Assembly: GCA_042571645.1 (NCBI GenBank)
Contig: JBHPFW010000005.1
Coordinates: 1,536-65,535 of the forward strand
Length of the DNA stretch: 64,000 nt
From: Nanobdellota archaeon
GTDB lineage: Archaea > Nanobdellota > Nanobdellia > Woesearchaeales > JBHPFW01
Direction of reading: 5' to 3'
Below are positions 36,462 through 45,862 of this stretch, in pieces. Both the position numbers and the translations under genes were made by a program. The notes under the pieces are model-generated. The model saw nothing but the letters and a program-made list of their open reading frames with translations. It had not been told where the DNA came from and made no database searches. Numbering within the stretch: the stretch's first letter is position 1; each line of letters opens with the position of its first letter.

Positions 36462-37031
36462 TTATTTATTCTGTTTTTCTTCCAAAACTGTTCTCAATTT
36501 CTCTATCTGATCCCAGCTCTTCTGCATCTTTTCATTAGCAACTTCAACAAGATATTTCAGGTAATCATCACTAATTAATTTCTCACTGTCAAAAACAGGT
36601 GCCTCTAAAAACTCAGAACCTGCAATTTCAACAACAATCTTTTTTCTAGTAGAAAGAATTGCTGGTCTTTTAAAGCTGTTTTGCCTTGCTAAATCAACTA
36701 AATCCTGAGCAATCTCAATACTCTGACAACCAATATGAATTATTGGGGGTTCTTGTTTGAAGATAATTTTTTCTTCTCCAGAATATTTATTCAGTGCATC
36801 CTTAAACTCATCACTATTTGCTAAATCATGTGTAACAACTAACCATTCACATAAATGTTTCTTTGCACATGCCTTCAATAAACATATTCTCCCTGAACAC
36901 GAAGACAAAGTAACATAATCATCTTTAGAATTAACTAATTCACACAAATCCTTAATCTTCTCATCAACTGATCCTTTTCTTGATTTATCTATCCTGGATA
37001 AAACATCCTGTTTTAATTGCTCAAAGCCCAT
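36462..37031 (-). CDS. taw3: tRNA wybutosine/wyosine methyltransferase Tyw3/Taw3
   Basis: D.S.KGSVD, TLSSCSGRI and EPPIIH motifs. Confidence 0.9.
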   Translation of the reverse strand: MGFEQLKQDVLSRIDKSRKGSVDEKIKDLCELVNSKDDYVTLSSCSGRICLLKACAKKHLCEWLVVTHDLANSDEFKDALNKYSGEEKIIFKQEPPIIHIGCQSIEIAQDLVDLARQNSFKRPAILSTRKKIVVEIAGSEFLEAPVFDSEKLISDDYLKYLVEVANEKMQKSWDQIEKLRTVLEEKQNK

Positions 37032-37068
37032 AATAAGAAAGAATCAAGTATCGTATAAATATCTTTTG

Positions 37069-37812
37069 CTAAGAAGTAAAAATATAGCCTTTTCTGAACA
37101 TCTCCGGCTTTATTCCTTTTTTCTTTAATTTCTTGGCAAGTTCTTTATACTCTTTATCACAATTTTCTTCATTAAATTCTCGTAATGCTTTAGCTGCTCT
37201 GGGATCATATTTTTCTAATATGTGTTTCCATTTGGATAATAATTTTCTTGATTTTTTGCAATCGATTGAACATGGTGTTTGTGAAGGCATCAAATAAAGA
37301 AACTCTTCTGGAATTTTCTTTTCTTCTAATAATTTTTGTACATATTCTATCTCAAAAGTAAATGCCTTATGAGCATAAGGTGGTTCAAAAAACTTTAAAA
37401 TCCCCCCATTAAATTTCTCTTCATAAGTAGGGTTTGAATATTCCTTTCTGCAACATTCTGGATAGCCTAAAAGTTTACCAAAAAGATCATGATTCCAAAA
37501 AGCACTATCATTTAAATCCAAAACAGTATTAAGAATTTTCTTATTAGCACAAACAGTATACACCTTACTAGGTAAAACTAAACCCGGATTTATTCGCCAA
37601 TATTTTCTCAAACCTCTTGCTTCAGTAAAAAATATTTTGAGTTCGCTGCTTAAATAATCCTTAATACTTTCTACATCACTAGAATCACAATAAGCCATTG
37701 GTTTAAGACCTTCTACCACTAAAATAATATGGGCCCTGTCCACAGGATCAATACTTCTCCAAGCAGCTGACTTATAAACTTCTCTGTTTGGTTTATCTTT
37801 CCAAATAAACAT
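37069..37812 (-). CDS. DUF483-like protein
   Basis: FGKLLGYPECC and PCS.DC motifs. Confidence 0.55.
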   Translation of the reverse strand: MFIWKDKPNREVYKSAAWRSIDPVDRAHIILVVEGLKPMAYCDSSDVESIKDYLSSELKIFFTEARGLRKYWRINPGLVLPSKVYTVCANKKILNTVLDLNDSAFWNHDLFGKLLGYPECCRKEYSNPTYEEKFNGGILKFFEPPYAHKAFTFEIEYVQKLLEEKKIPEEFLYLMPSQTPCSIDCKKSRKLLSKWKHILEKYDPRAAKALREFNEENCDKEYKELAKKLKKKGIKPEMFRKGYIFTS

Positions 37813-37856
37813 AGTAATAACAAAAGAACTGATTTATATAAAATTAACCAAATTTC

Positions 37857-38690
37857 CTAATAAACCTTAAAAGCTTTCCTCAATGCCATACTAAATATTA
37901 TCGAGAGAAGAATGTAAGTTCCCAGCCATCCTGGATGCCAACCGAATATGCTTAAATTGCCCATTGGCTTTACAGGCCTCTGCTGGATTGTTATTCTTGT
38001 AAATGGACTTGTTGACTGCATATATCCTTCAGGCGCACTATAAACGATTAAGAATATCTTTTCAAAAAATGAGGATTTCCGTTTCATAGACTGGGCATAT
38101 TCTATTGGATCTCCTATGATGATCCTTTTTGTTTGAATATAATTCTCTCCTAATTTATATGCCAGCATATAATCCCCTGCTTTTCCTTTTAATGTCCATG
38201 TTGCCAGCTTATTCTCAATTGTCTTTGTTGAGTCTGATAAAATCTCTAATCCTTCTGGAACTTCAAGCATGACATCTCCAAATACATCCTTCTCAAAGTT
38301 TGCTGTTACATTGAACTCCTCATCTACAACCAAAGGAAAATTAGCTAAATGAGCATTTGCCCAGCCAAAAATTATTATTATTGGTATTATTGTGTAAAAT
38401 GTTGATTTAAAGCTGTGCTTCATGTATTTTGTATTTATTTCCATCAGCTGTTTCTGAATCTTCATGGCTTTAGATGGATCTTTTCTGTACTGTTTCATTT
38501 CAGCGGATAGCTTTTTCTGCTGATCCTTTAAAGACTTCATCTCTTTTTGGTCTGTAAAGAATTTATAGAATAAAGTTATCATCAAAGTTACTAAGAACGC
38601 CAATAGTAAGATCGCCCAAAAATGCCCTATACTAACTAATGGATTGAATATTGCAGCAAATACCGGATCTAATATATTAAATAATCCCAT
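37857..38690 (-). CDS. DUF106 / EMC3-TMCO1 (Oxa1 superfamily) membrane insertase
   Basis: TM1, DQ..MK coiled coil, TM2, and GWLG.YI C-terminal TM; ATG at 38690 follows a GGGGG SD. Confidence 0.85.
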   Translation of the reverse strand: MGLFNILDPVFAAIFNPLVSIGHFWAILLLAFLVTLMITLFYKFFTDQKEMKSLKDQQKKLSAEMKQYRKDPSKAMKIQKQLMEINTKYMKHSFKSTFYTIIPIIIIFGWANAHLANFPLVVDEEFNVTANFEKDVFGDVMLEVPEGLEILSDSTKTIENKLATWTLKGKAGDYMLAYKLGENYIQTKRIIIGDPIEYAQSMKRKSSFFEKIFLIVYSAPEGYMQSTSPFTRITIQQRPVKPMGNLSIFGWHPGWLGTYILLSIIFSMALRKAFKVY

Positions 38691-38717
38691 GTTAACCCCC
38701 GCTAATGAATGTGAAAC

Positions 38718-38872
38718 TTTTGCAGAGACTCGCTTTGCTCGGGCACTGTCGGGCTCGTCTGTTGCATGAAACCTTACATGACCGGGGATCCCCGTAGGGG
38801 GCAACCCCCTCCCCTCATAGCAACATTAATTTTCAGTAGACTCGCAAATTGACAGTGCCGCACTCTGCAAAA
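38718..38872. other. GC-rich nested-hairpin element (candidate ncRNA or MITE)
   Basis: TTTTGCAGAG/CTCTGCAAAA, GGCACTGTC/GACAGTGCC, TGTTGCATGA/TCATAGCAACA and GGGG-GCAA-CCCC stems. Confidence 0.6.
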
Positions 38873-38879
38873 ACTTAAA

Positions 38880-39091
38880 CGAATAAATAAACTACTCCAT
38901 GAACTTTCTCATCATTGGATGCATACCGCATTAAATGGTCTTGCTCATTTCCACAAAAATCTTTAGATTTTTGGGAGCCAAAAACCATTTGGTTTTTGTG
39001 CTGATACGCGCCATCAAGGACAACATAAACTAAAGTTTAGTTGTCCGAATAAACTAATCACTCCATGAACTTTCTCATCATAGGATGCATA
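38880..39091. mobile_element. 166-bp-period direct repeat duplicating the secY 3' end, enclosing three hairpins
   Basis: 38880-38925 and 39046-39091 match at 41/46 nt; both encode MHPMMRKFME-stop. Confidence 0.5.
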
Positions 39092-40509
39092 TCCATCATG
39101 TGTTGTTTGGCAATCTCTTCATATAATCTGTAAATGATCATTACTGCAAGCAAAATACCTGTTCCATTTCCTAATGCTCCAGACAAATCTGCCAGTGCCG
39201 CCAAGAATCCTATTGCTAAACCACCCATTACTGTCAATGGACCTATATATCTTTCCAACACTCTCTCAAGTATTCTTGGATCTCTTCTGAATCCAGGTAT
39301 TTGTAATCCTGATGACATTATGTTTTTTGCCTGAGATTTTGCATCCATACCAGAAGTCTGAACCCAAAATATTGAAAATACCATTGAACCAAGCATAAGT
39401 ATCAGCATGTAAACCAAACCATGAAGCACATCAGAGTTTGAAAAAGTCTGCCATACTGATCCCAAAAATCCCAAATCAGGAGCATAGTTAAAATTTAATA
39501 TGTTTAAGTTCCCATCAATTATTTTCCTGACAATATTTGGAGGGTAAAGCCAAGTTACAAAACCAGATATTGGTGTATTGCCGGAAAATGTTCCCAATAA
39601 AGGATAGCCTGCTCTCTCAAGCAATCTTGCCCATAACTGAAAATTCGCCATCAAAGCAGCAATCAAAATAACAGGAATATTAGATGTATACATAAAACTC
39701 AAAGGCCACCTTATACCATGACCTCTTACCCTGCCAAAAGACAAAGGAATCTCAACTTTCATTGCTTGGCCATAAACTGCCACAACAAAAACAACAATAG
39801 TAAAGAATACTGCAAAAAACAATGTCAATGCTCCAGTTACATCATTATTTGCTAAAGCTTGAAACAAGCCAGGTATGGCACCAGTCATCATTTCTGGATT
39901 TGATGGAGAAGGCAAAGGCGATAATGCTCTTACAAATATTCCCTGCGATACATTTGCTGCAATAAATAGGCTAACTCCGGATCCGAAACCCCACTTACTA
40001 ATAACTTCATCCATGAACAATATCAATATACCTCCCACAAAAAGCTGTATAACAAGAATAATTTCAAATATAAAATATGCTGGTGTTCCTCTAAAAATTT
40101 CTGCAGGAGCCAACCCACCCATGAAAACATATATGGCTGCTTCAAACAATATGAAAAATACTGCAAGAACTTTCTGGATTCCTTGGAATCTTTTCTTACC
40201 TTCATGAGTGTTGAGATCAAATTTCACTATGCCTGATCCATTGAGCAATTGCAATACAATTGAAGCAGTAACTATTGGCCCGATTCCTAGAGATATTATT
40301 GATCCGAATTGAGCTCCCAAGATTATAGACAAGGCCTCAAACTGCGCCAAAGCATTTACACCAAGTCCAAACAAAGGAACTAATCCAAGAACATAGAATA
40401 ATACTAAAATTGCTGAAGTCCATTTCAATTTCTCTTTAAATGAAAGCCTCTTCTGTGTTGGAGGAGCAACCTCTGGCAGATTTGATAGAATATCGTCAAT
40501 TAAACCCAT
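39058..40509 (-). CDS. secY: preprotein translocase SecY/Sec61alpha
   Basis: LGIGPIVTASIVLQLL, SKWGFGSGVSLFIA, YTSNIPVIL, QIPGFRRD and GTGILLAV motifs. Confidence 0.98.
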   Translation of the reverse strand: MGLIDDILSNLPEVAPPTQKRLSFKEKLKWTSAILVLFYVLGLVPLFGLGVNALAQFEALSIILGAQFGSIISLGIGPIVTASIVLQLLNGSGIVKFDLNTHEGKKRFQGIQKVLAVFFILFEAAIYVFMGGLAPAEIFRGTPAYFIFEIILVIQLFVGGILILFMDEVISKWGFGSGVSLFIAANVSQGIFVRALSPLPSPSNPEMMTGAIPGLFQALANNDVTGALTLFFAVFFTIVVFVVAVYGQAMKVEIPLSFGRVRGHGIRWPLSFMYTSNIPVILIAALMANFQLWARLLERAGYPLLGTFSGNTPISGFVTWLYPPNIVRKIIDGNLNILNFNYAPDLGFLGSVWQTFSNSDVLHGLVYMLILMLGSMVFSIFWVQTSGMDAKSQAKNIMSSGLQIPGFRRDPRILERVLERYIGPLTVMGGLAIGFLAALADLSGALGNGTGILLAVMIIYRLYEEIAKQHMMDMHPMMRKFME

Positions 40510-40580
40510 GATTCTGAACCCCTTTTCGCTGAATGCTGAAAATTGCTAATATCTGATATGATCAATGCACAAAAAGATCA

Positions 40581-41159
40581 TCATTCTTTTAAATCTTGTT
40601 TTTTTGGTGAATTTTCTGAAGGAGCATCTTCTGCTGGTGTTTTTGCAGGAGCTGATTGTGATTCTGTTTGTTGTGGTTCATTTGCTTCAATGCTTTCTGT
40701 TTGGGCAACATCTTGATCCAAAGTATCAACTGAACCGCCTTTTTCTTTTACTTTTGCAACAGCAGATTCTGAAGCATACTGGGTTTTTATCTTGAACTTG
40801 CTCTTAACTAAACCTGATCCAAGAAGTTTATTATAACCTAAAGACTCCAGATCCACTGAGTAAGCTCCTGCTTCCTCTTTTATTAATCCCTCACTTAAAT
40901 ATTTGCTTAGATTTTGTTGGATTTGGCCTATATTGATAGGAGTTATCTTGATAACTACTCCTTTTTTCTTGAATCCGAACTTACCAAATTTTATTCTAGC
41001 TTTCCAGTCAGAAGGTTTTTTTGTATCTGCTCTTTTGCCAGAGCCAGCTCTTCCTCTTCCTCCTCTGGAGCCTGCTCCTCTATGTTTTTTCTTCTCACCC
41101 CAGCCATGACTGCTACTGCCGCGCTGTCTGGAATTCTTTTTTCTTTTGTTGAATGTCAT
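40581..41159 (-). CDS. rpl15: 50S ribosomal protein uL15 with acidic C-tail
   Basis: RGS.SHGWG.KKKHRGAG.RGGRG, GK.GF and KLLG.G motifs. Confidence 0.95.
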   Translation of the reverse strand: MTFNKRKKNSRQRGSSSHGWGEKKKHRGAGSRGGRGRAGSGKRADTKKPSDWKARIKFGKFGFKKKGVVIKITPINIGQIQQNLSKYLSEGLIKEEAGAYSVDLESLGYNKLLGSGLVKSKFKIKTQYASESAVAKVKEKGGSVDTLDQDVAQTESIEANEPQQTESQSAPAKTPAEDAPSENSPKKQDLKE

Positions 41160-41178
41160 AAAAAGCACCTTAATGAGA

Positions 41179-41709
41179 TCATATCATTTTCTTAATAAGA
41201 TCAATTATTTTCTCGCCTCGATAACCCAATGCTCCGCTCATGGTGAATGGGACTTTTATTCCTCTTCTCTCAAAGCCGCCTTTAGGAGGGCTCAAGTTAA
41301 ATGATTTTATCTTGACTTCTGTATTTTTTTGATTTGGTCTTTTTTGTTCCAATAATTTTAATGTTGCCTCATCAATTTCTCCCCAGGTTGCATAATCCTT
41401 GACTTTAATTGCCATTCCCCTGGATGATTTTGTTAAAGGTAGCACAGCACAACTATTCTTTTTTTGAAGCCTTAGCATTTTGAATGTGTCATTTATTTCT
41501 TTTTGAACACCAATAGCCCCTCTTATTCTTATTATTGCGATGTTTCCTGAATCTTTTGATTCCTTTTTAGGAGTTGGTTTAGGTTGTTCCTGTGGTTTTT
41601 CAACTTTTTCAACTTCAAGTTTTTCAACTACTTCTAACTCTTTTTTACTTTCTTCAGGAACTATGTCCTTAGTTGGTTCCTCTGCCGGTAATGTTGTTTC
41701 TTCTGTCAT
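41179..41709 (-). CDS. rpl30: 50S ribosomal protein uL30 with acidic N-extension
   Basis: AIIRIRG, VKDYATWGE, L.PPKGG and LGYRG motifs. Confidence 0.92.
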   Translation of the reverse strand: MTEETTLPAEEPTKDIVPEESKKELEVVEKLEVEKVEKPQEQPKPTPKKESKDSGNIAIIRIRGAIGVQKEINDTFKMLRLQKKNSCAVLPLTKSSRGMAIKVKDYATWGEIDEATLKLLEQKRPNQKNTEVKIKSFNLSPPKGGFERRGIKVPFTMSGALGYRGEKIIDLIKKMI

Positions 41710-41730
41710 TTTAATCTAATAACCTTTAGC

Positions 41731-42870
41731 TTAATCTTTTTTTGGCTCTTCTGCGCTAACTGGTGATTCTCCTTCTGCCAATTCTTTCATTTCATCACGA
41801 GATGATTCAATATCTGAAGCTTTTAATTTTCCTTCGACAATTCCTAAAGTGCTGTAATGATCCTCTTTGACCTTTGTTGAGCTCAATTGCTTTAAAGCCT
41901 CGAAGCATGCTTTTACTAGGTTCGTCTTTGTTCTTGATTGTCCTGAAGTTTTTGACCAAACATCTTTTATTCCTGCAAGACTTAATATCTTTTGGCATTC
42001 TTTTTCTACTTTTAAACCTGTACCTTTAGGCGCAGGAATTAATGTTATGCTTACAGAACCTTCTCTTCCAGAAACCTTGAATGGAATGGATGTTGGTTCT
42101 GTAGTCTTTGATTCCCATGAGCCCGCACCCCTCCTTATTTTGATTATATTTAATTTAGCCTTTCTAATTGCCTTTTCTCTGGCAGGCACTGTCTCTTTTG
42201 ACTTTCCATAACCTATGCCAACTATACCATCTTTGTTGCCTACTGCTGCACAAGTAGCAAAACTTGGCTTGTTGCCTTCTCTAGTTTTCTTTTGTGTTTG
42301 TTTGAATATTCTTCTTGCGCCGCCTCCAAATTTACCTTTGGACTGACCGATCATCAAAAGCTCTGTTTCAATATTAGGCAAAAGAAGTTCTACAACCTCG
42401 ATTTCGAGTATCTTCTTACCAACATCCAAAATATCTTCAATATCTGTTAATTCACCTGATTTAACAAGCTTACCCATCTCTGTTTTTGGCTTCCAGACCG
42501 CAAGAATTTCTTCTGAAGATCTCTGCTGAGGTCTTTGCTGTCTTCGTTTAAAACCCTTTTCTCCTTTTGAACCTGATCTTTTTGGCTTCTCTCTTTTTTC
42601 TTCTGATTGCTTTTTTTCTGATTGCTTTTTTTCTGATTGCTTTTTTTCTGATTGCTTTTCTTCTGATTCTGCCTTATTCTCTTTGGAATCATCTAAAGCT
42701 TTGCCTGTTTCAGCTTTGCCTGTTTCTTTTTCATTATCATCTGATAATTTTTCTGCTTTTTCTGCCTCTGTTTCCTTGGCTTCCTTAACAGAACTAATGT
42801 TCTCTGCTCCTTCTACCTTTTCTGTCTCAGGCTGAACAACTTCATTTGATTCTTGTTGTGATTCTGTCAT
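41731..42870 (-). CDS. rps5: 30S ribosomal protein uS5 with long charged N-extension
   Basis: WKPKT.MG, VGN.DG.VG.G, PAPKGTG and AGI.DVW motifs. Confidence 0.96.
   Translation of the reverse strand: MTESQQESNEVVQPETEKVEGAENISSVKEAKETEAEKAEKLSDDNEKETGKAETGKALDDSKENKAESEEKQSEKKQSEKKQSEKKQSEEKREKPKRSGSKGEKGFKRRQQRPQQRSSEEILAVWKPKTEMGKLVKSGELTDIEDILDVGKKILEIEVVELLLPNIETELLMIGQSKGKFGGGARRIFKQTQKKTREGNKPSFATCAAVGNKDGIVGIGYGKSKETVPAREKAIRKAKLNIIKIRRGAGSWESKTTEPTSIPFKVSGREGSVSITLIPAPKGTGLKVEKECQKILSLAGIKDVWSKTSGQSRTKTNLVKACFEALKQLSSTKVKEDHYSTLGIVEGKLKASDIESSRDEMKELAEGESPVSAEEPKKD
42601..42668. repeat. about 4.5 x 15-bp tandem repeat encoding (K)KQSE(K) in uS5
   Basis: ttctgattgcttttt repeated at 42601, 42616, 42631 and 42646. 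Confidence 0.92.
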
Positions 42871-43460
42871 TATGATGTTCCCCCTTGAATTTTGGACTTT
42901 ACTTGATCAAACATAACTCCCAAAGATTCAGGATTTGAGTTTTTCTTTTCATAACCTGAAAATTGTTTTTTATACTTCTCTGAATTGTCTGATTTCAATT
43001 TTTTTGCATAATCCTCAATGTGCTTGCCTTTTATTCTTTCCTCTGAAGGCAAAACTTCCTCGCCATGGGGTATCTCTAATCCCCCATCGATTGCTCCTTT
43101 CAATGCTGCAAAGAGTCTTGAACCTACTGTCCCTCTCTGCAAACCAATATCCAATAAAGCTTTCTTTATTCCTGAATTTTGTGCTTTTTTAGCCAATAAC
43201 AATCCGGTAAGATATGCGCTGCTGAGATTTGATTTGCTAACTGGCCAACCATATTTATTGAGTTCTGTGCTTCTCGCACAAGCCTTTACTTTATCTCCAG
43301 AGGCACTATAATCTATCAATTGAACTAATATATTCTTCAGAGATTTTCTCACTACTAATCTGGGCAAAGATCCTTTCAATATACTCAATCTTTTCTTGTA
43401 GTCTGTTTTTCCAGCTCTCTTTCTTCTTTGCCTGACTGTGAACTTTGCTTTTCTTTTCAT
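42870..43460 (-). CDS. rpl18: 50S ribosomal protein uL18
   Basis: RR.R.GKTDY..R, AYLTG, LDIGL and GL.IPH motifs. Confidence 0.96.
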   Translation of the reverse strand: MKRKAKFTVRQRRKRAGKTDYKKRLSILKGSLPRLVVRKSLKNILVQLIDYSASGDKVKACARSTELNKYGWPVSKSNLSSAYLTGLLLAKKAQNSGIKKALLDIGLQRGTVGSRLFAALKGAIDGGLEIPHGEEVLPSEERIKGKHIEDYAKKLKSDNSEKYKKQFSGYEKKNSNPESLGVMFDQVKSKIQGGTS

Positions 43461-43936
43461 TTGGTGACCTTCTCCTTAGATTTCTTAGCTGTTGTTATCA
43501 TTTTTGCTTCAGTCATGTAAAGTTTCATGTGCCTTAGGTTTCTGAAAAACCCGCCTTTGGCTTTAGAGTATAATTGCCTAAAATCTTTTTGTGAAATCTT
43601 ATCTTCAGTTTTTAGTTTTTGTAGTAGTTCTCTTTGTTTTCTTATTTTGTTTATCCAAACTGTTTTTGATGATAATCTCGCATTTTTAGATCCTTTCTTT
43701 GAACCTGCATTGGATCTTCTGCCTTTGCTTTTTTGGGTTTTAAGTTTTCTTGTTCTTCCTTTTGAAATCCCAACTTTAGGCTTCTCTCTTATTGTGCCGC
43801 TATGAATTAGTCTTCTTATGTCTTCCTTTGTTATTCCTTCTTTTATTTCGTCTAATCTTGATTCATCAAACCATACTCTTTTCTCTGAGCATTTCAGTAA
43901 ATGTGCTGCAAATCTTTTTTGTGCGCCTAATTGCAT
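43457..43936 (-). CDS. rpl19e: 50S ribosomal protein eL19
   Basis: QKR.AA.LL, GS.KG, W..KIR and LY.KAKGG.F motifs. Confidence 0.96.
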   Translation of the reverse strand: MQLGAQKRFAAHLLKCSEKRVWFDESRLDEIKEGITKEDIRRLIHSGTIREKPKVGISKGRTRKLKTQKSKGRRSNAGSKKGSKNARLSSKTVWINKIRKQRELLQKLKTEDKISQKDFRQLYSKAKGGFFRNLRHMKLYMTEAKMITTAKKSKEKVTK

Positions 43937-43964
43937 TGTCTTTACCCTTCAGGTGAATATTTTT

Positions 43965-44576
43965 CTACTGTTTCTTTGTGAGTACTTTGTCTTTTTCTTC
44001 TTTTTCCAGCTTTGCTGCCAATTCATCAGATGACTCTGTTTTTTCAGCTTCTCCTTCCTTGGTCTGCTCTTTGGCTTTTTCTTCTGCCCGTTTCTCTGCT
44101 TCTTTCTTCATCTCTTCTTTTTTCTTGGACGTTTTTTCCTTTTCTTCTTTCTTCTTTTTCATATCTTCATCTGTTTTAGTCAAAAAAGCATCAATATCTT
44201 TAACATTGCTGGATTTTATACCTAGTTTTTTTGCTTCTTTAAGTATTTCTATTTTCTTTTTCAGACCGAGTTTTGAAGACAGCGTGATAATCTGCGAATC
44301 CTTGTTTATATTGCTCAATTCATTTTTAGTTTCTACTCTGATTTCCTCAAGGCCTTCTTTATTTAAACCTTTAACTTCTTTTGGAGATCCGAAACCTTTT
44401 CTAACGCCTATTTTATATCCTTTAATATTCAGTCTCATCTTATTATGTCTGCCTTTTGGTTTTCTCCATTTTTGGCCTACTCTTTTTTTCTTATTAGCAT
44501 CATGTCTAATAAAATCTGGCTTTTTTTGTTTTATTTTCTTTCTCAACTCAAGTAATTTTGAAACTTCCATGATCAT
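43965..44576 (-). CDS. rpl32e: 50S ribosomal protein eL32 with charged C-tail
   Basis: KKP.F.R, WRKPKG..NKMR and G.GSP motifs. Confidence 0.94.
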   Translation of the reverse strand: MIMEVSKLLELRKKIKQKKPDFIRHDANKKKRVGQKWRKPKGRHNKMRLNIKGYKIGVRKGFGSPKEVKGLNKEGLEEIRVETKNELSNINKDSQIITLSSKLGLKKKIEILKEAKKLGIKSSNVKDIDAFLTKTDEDMKKKKEEKEKTSKKKEEMKKEAEKRAEEKAKEQTKEGEAEKTESSDELAAKLEKEEKDKVLTKKQ

Positions 44577-44587
44577 TACCCTCAGTA

Positions 44588-45148
44588 TTAAACTGTTTTC
44601 CCATCTTTTTCAATTATGTAAATGCCGTCCTGAAATATTCTCGTGTCAAAGCCCGGTCTTTTTGTGAGTCTTTCTATATCTGCAGCCACCTGTCCTGCTG
44701 TTTCCTTATTTAGGCTTTCGACTGTTATTATATCGCCTTCAACTTTAACATCCGCGCCCTGCTTAATATCTAATCTTCTTGAATCTGCCTCTCCTATGAA
44801 GTTCTTGATTTCGAGCTTGCTGCCTGAAACACTCACATTCATTGGAAAATGACCAGAGCATATTTTAAGCTTGTAAACATGACCCTCACTCACACCACTA
44901 ATCATATTCTGTATGTGGGATTTTATTGTTCCTATCATCTTCTTTTCTCTTTGTGTGGCATTGGTAGAGGAGGTAACAACCACATTATTCTCCTCTTGGG
45001 TCACTTTTATATTTGGGATTGTGAAATCTCTCTCGAGATTGCCTTTTTCTCCTGTTATCTTAATTAAACCATTAGTAATTTCTGCCTTAACTCCTTCAGT
45101 AAGTAATATACTCTGCTTTATTACTCTCTGTTTTTTCTTTTCAGCCAT
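44588..45148 (-). CDS. rpl6: 50S ribosomal protein uL6
   Basis: HFPM, NFIGE, GQ.AA.IE and D.RIFQDGIY motifs. Confidence 0.96.
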   Translation of the reverse strand: MAEKKKQRVIKQSILLTEGVKAEITNGLIKITGEKGNLERDFTIPNIKVTQEENNVVVTSSTNATQREKKMIGTIKSHIQNMISGVSEGHVYKLKICSGHFPMNVSVSGSKLEIKNFIGEADSRRLDIKQGADVKVEGDIITVESLNKETAGQVAADIERLTKRPGFDTRIFQDGIYIIEKDGKTV

Positions 45149-45201
45149 TTTAACTCTTTAATTATTCCAATAGCAATATTTAACAAGATTATTTAGCAAG
45201 A

Positions 45202-45591
45202 TTAATAGCAATATGCTATAAGTTTTCCCCCGATTGCTTTTTCCTTTGCTTCTTCATGAACCATTAACCCTTGTGATGTTGAAACTATCAAAACTCCAAA
45301 GCCTTTTGCCGGCAAAAATCTTTTTTCAAATTTCTCATAATCCTTTAGTTGTATACTATGTCTTGGAGTTATAACACTGCAATTATTTATACTTCCAATT
45401 AAGCTTACTTTGAGTAAACCTCCTTTTCCATCATCTACTTCTTGGAAAGAACCCACATATCCTCTATCTTTTAGTATCTTGAGGACATTCTTTATTGTCT
45501 TTGAAAATGGCTTGATCAAACATTCATTCTTGCCCACTTTCTCAGCATTAAGTAATGAGGAAAGAGCATTTGCCAACGGATCATTTAACAT
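45202..45591 (-). CDS. rps8: 30S ribosomal protein uS8
   Basis: DPLANAL, LPA..FG.LIVSTSQG and GG.LIAY motifs. Confidence 0.97.
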   Translation of the reverse strand: MLNDPLANALSSLLNAEKVGKNECLIKPFSKTIKNVLKILKDRGYVGSFQEVDDGKGGLLKVSLIGSINNCSVITPRHSIQLKDYEKFEKRFLPAKGFGVLIVSTSQGLMVHEEAKEKAIGGKLIAYCY

Positions 45592-45630
45592 TTGTTTTCA
45601 CCTTCATATCTATACAATCTCAACATATTA

Positions 45631-45861
45631 TCAGGAATATTTCTTAAAACCTATCTTCGTAGCAATATCTCTAAAACACTGTCTGCATAAGCCCAAACCA
45701 TACTTGCTTATATGGCCTTTTGTATTTCCGCACCTGACGCAGTGCTTTGTGTCCATTCCGTGTTTTCTAGGCTTTGGCACATTATGTTTTGTGTACTTTT
45801 TCAATTTGCCTGGTTTCACTTTCAATTGAACAAGTACTTTTTTGTGATCGCTTTGTGTCAT
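45631..45861 (-). CDS. rps14: 30S ribosomal protein uS14 (Zn-binding)
   Basis: CVRCG...KYGL.LCRQCFR...GFKKY. Confidence 0.95.
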   Translation of the reverse strand: MTQSDHKKVLVQLKVKPGKLKKYTKHNVPKPRKHGMDTKHCVRCGNTKGHISKYGLGLCRQCFRDIATKIGFKKYS

Positions 45862-45862
45862 T

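Noticed and set aside
38691-38804. N-terminal extension of DUF106 given by the ORF track (MPPTGIPGH...)
   Set aside because: It is read-through into the GC-rich structured element; an SD and ATG at 38690 give a normal start.
38718-38872. SRP RNA, RNase P RNA or tRNA
   Set aside because: Too short for archaeal SRP or RNase P RNA; no SRP helix-8 motif, no GAGGAAAGUCC-type P4 and no T-loop/cloverleaf on either strand.
43978-44667. 229-aa plus-strand ORF and similar antisense ORFs (e.g. 13894-14259, 49606-50070, 51651-52274)
   Set aside because: F/S/L-rich shadows of K/E-rich genes on the opposite strand; no independent motifs or start signals.
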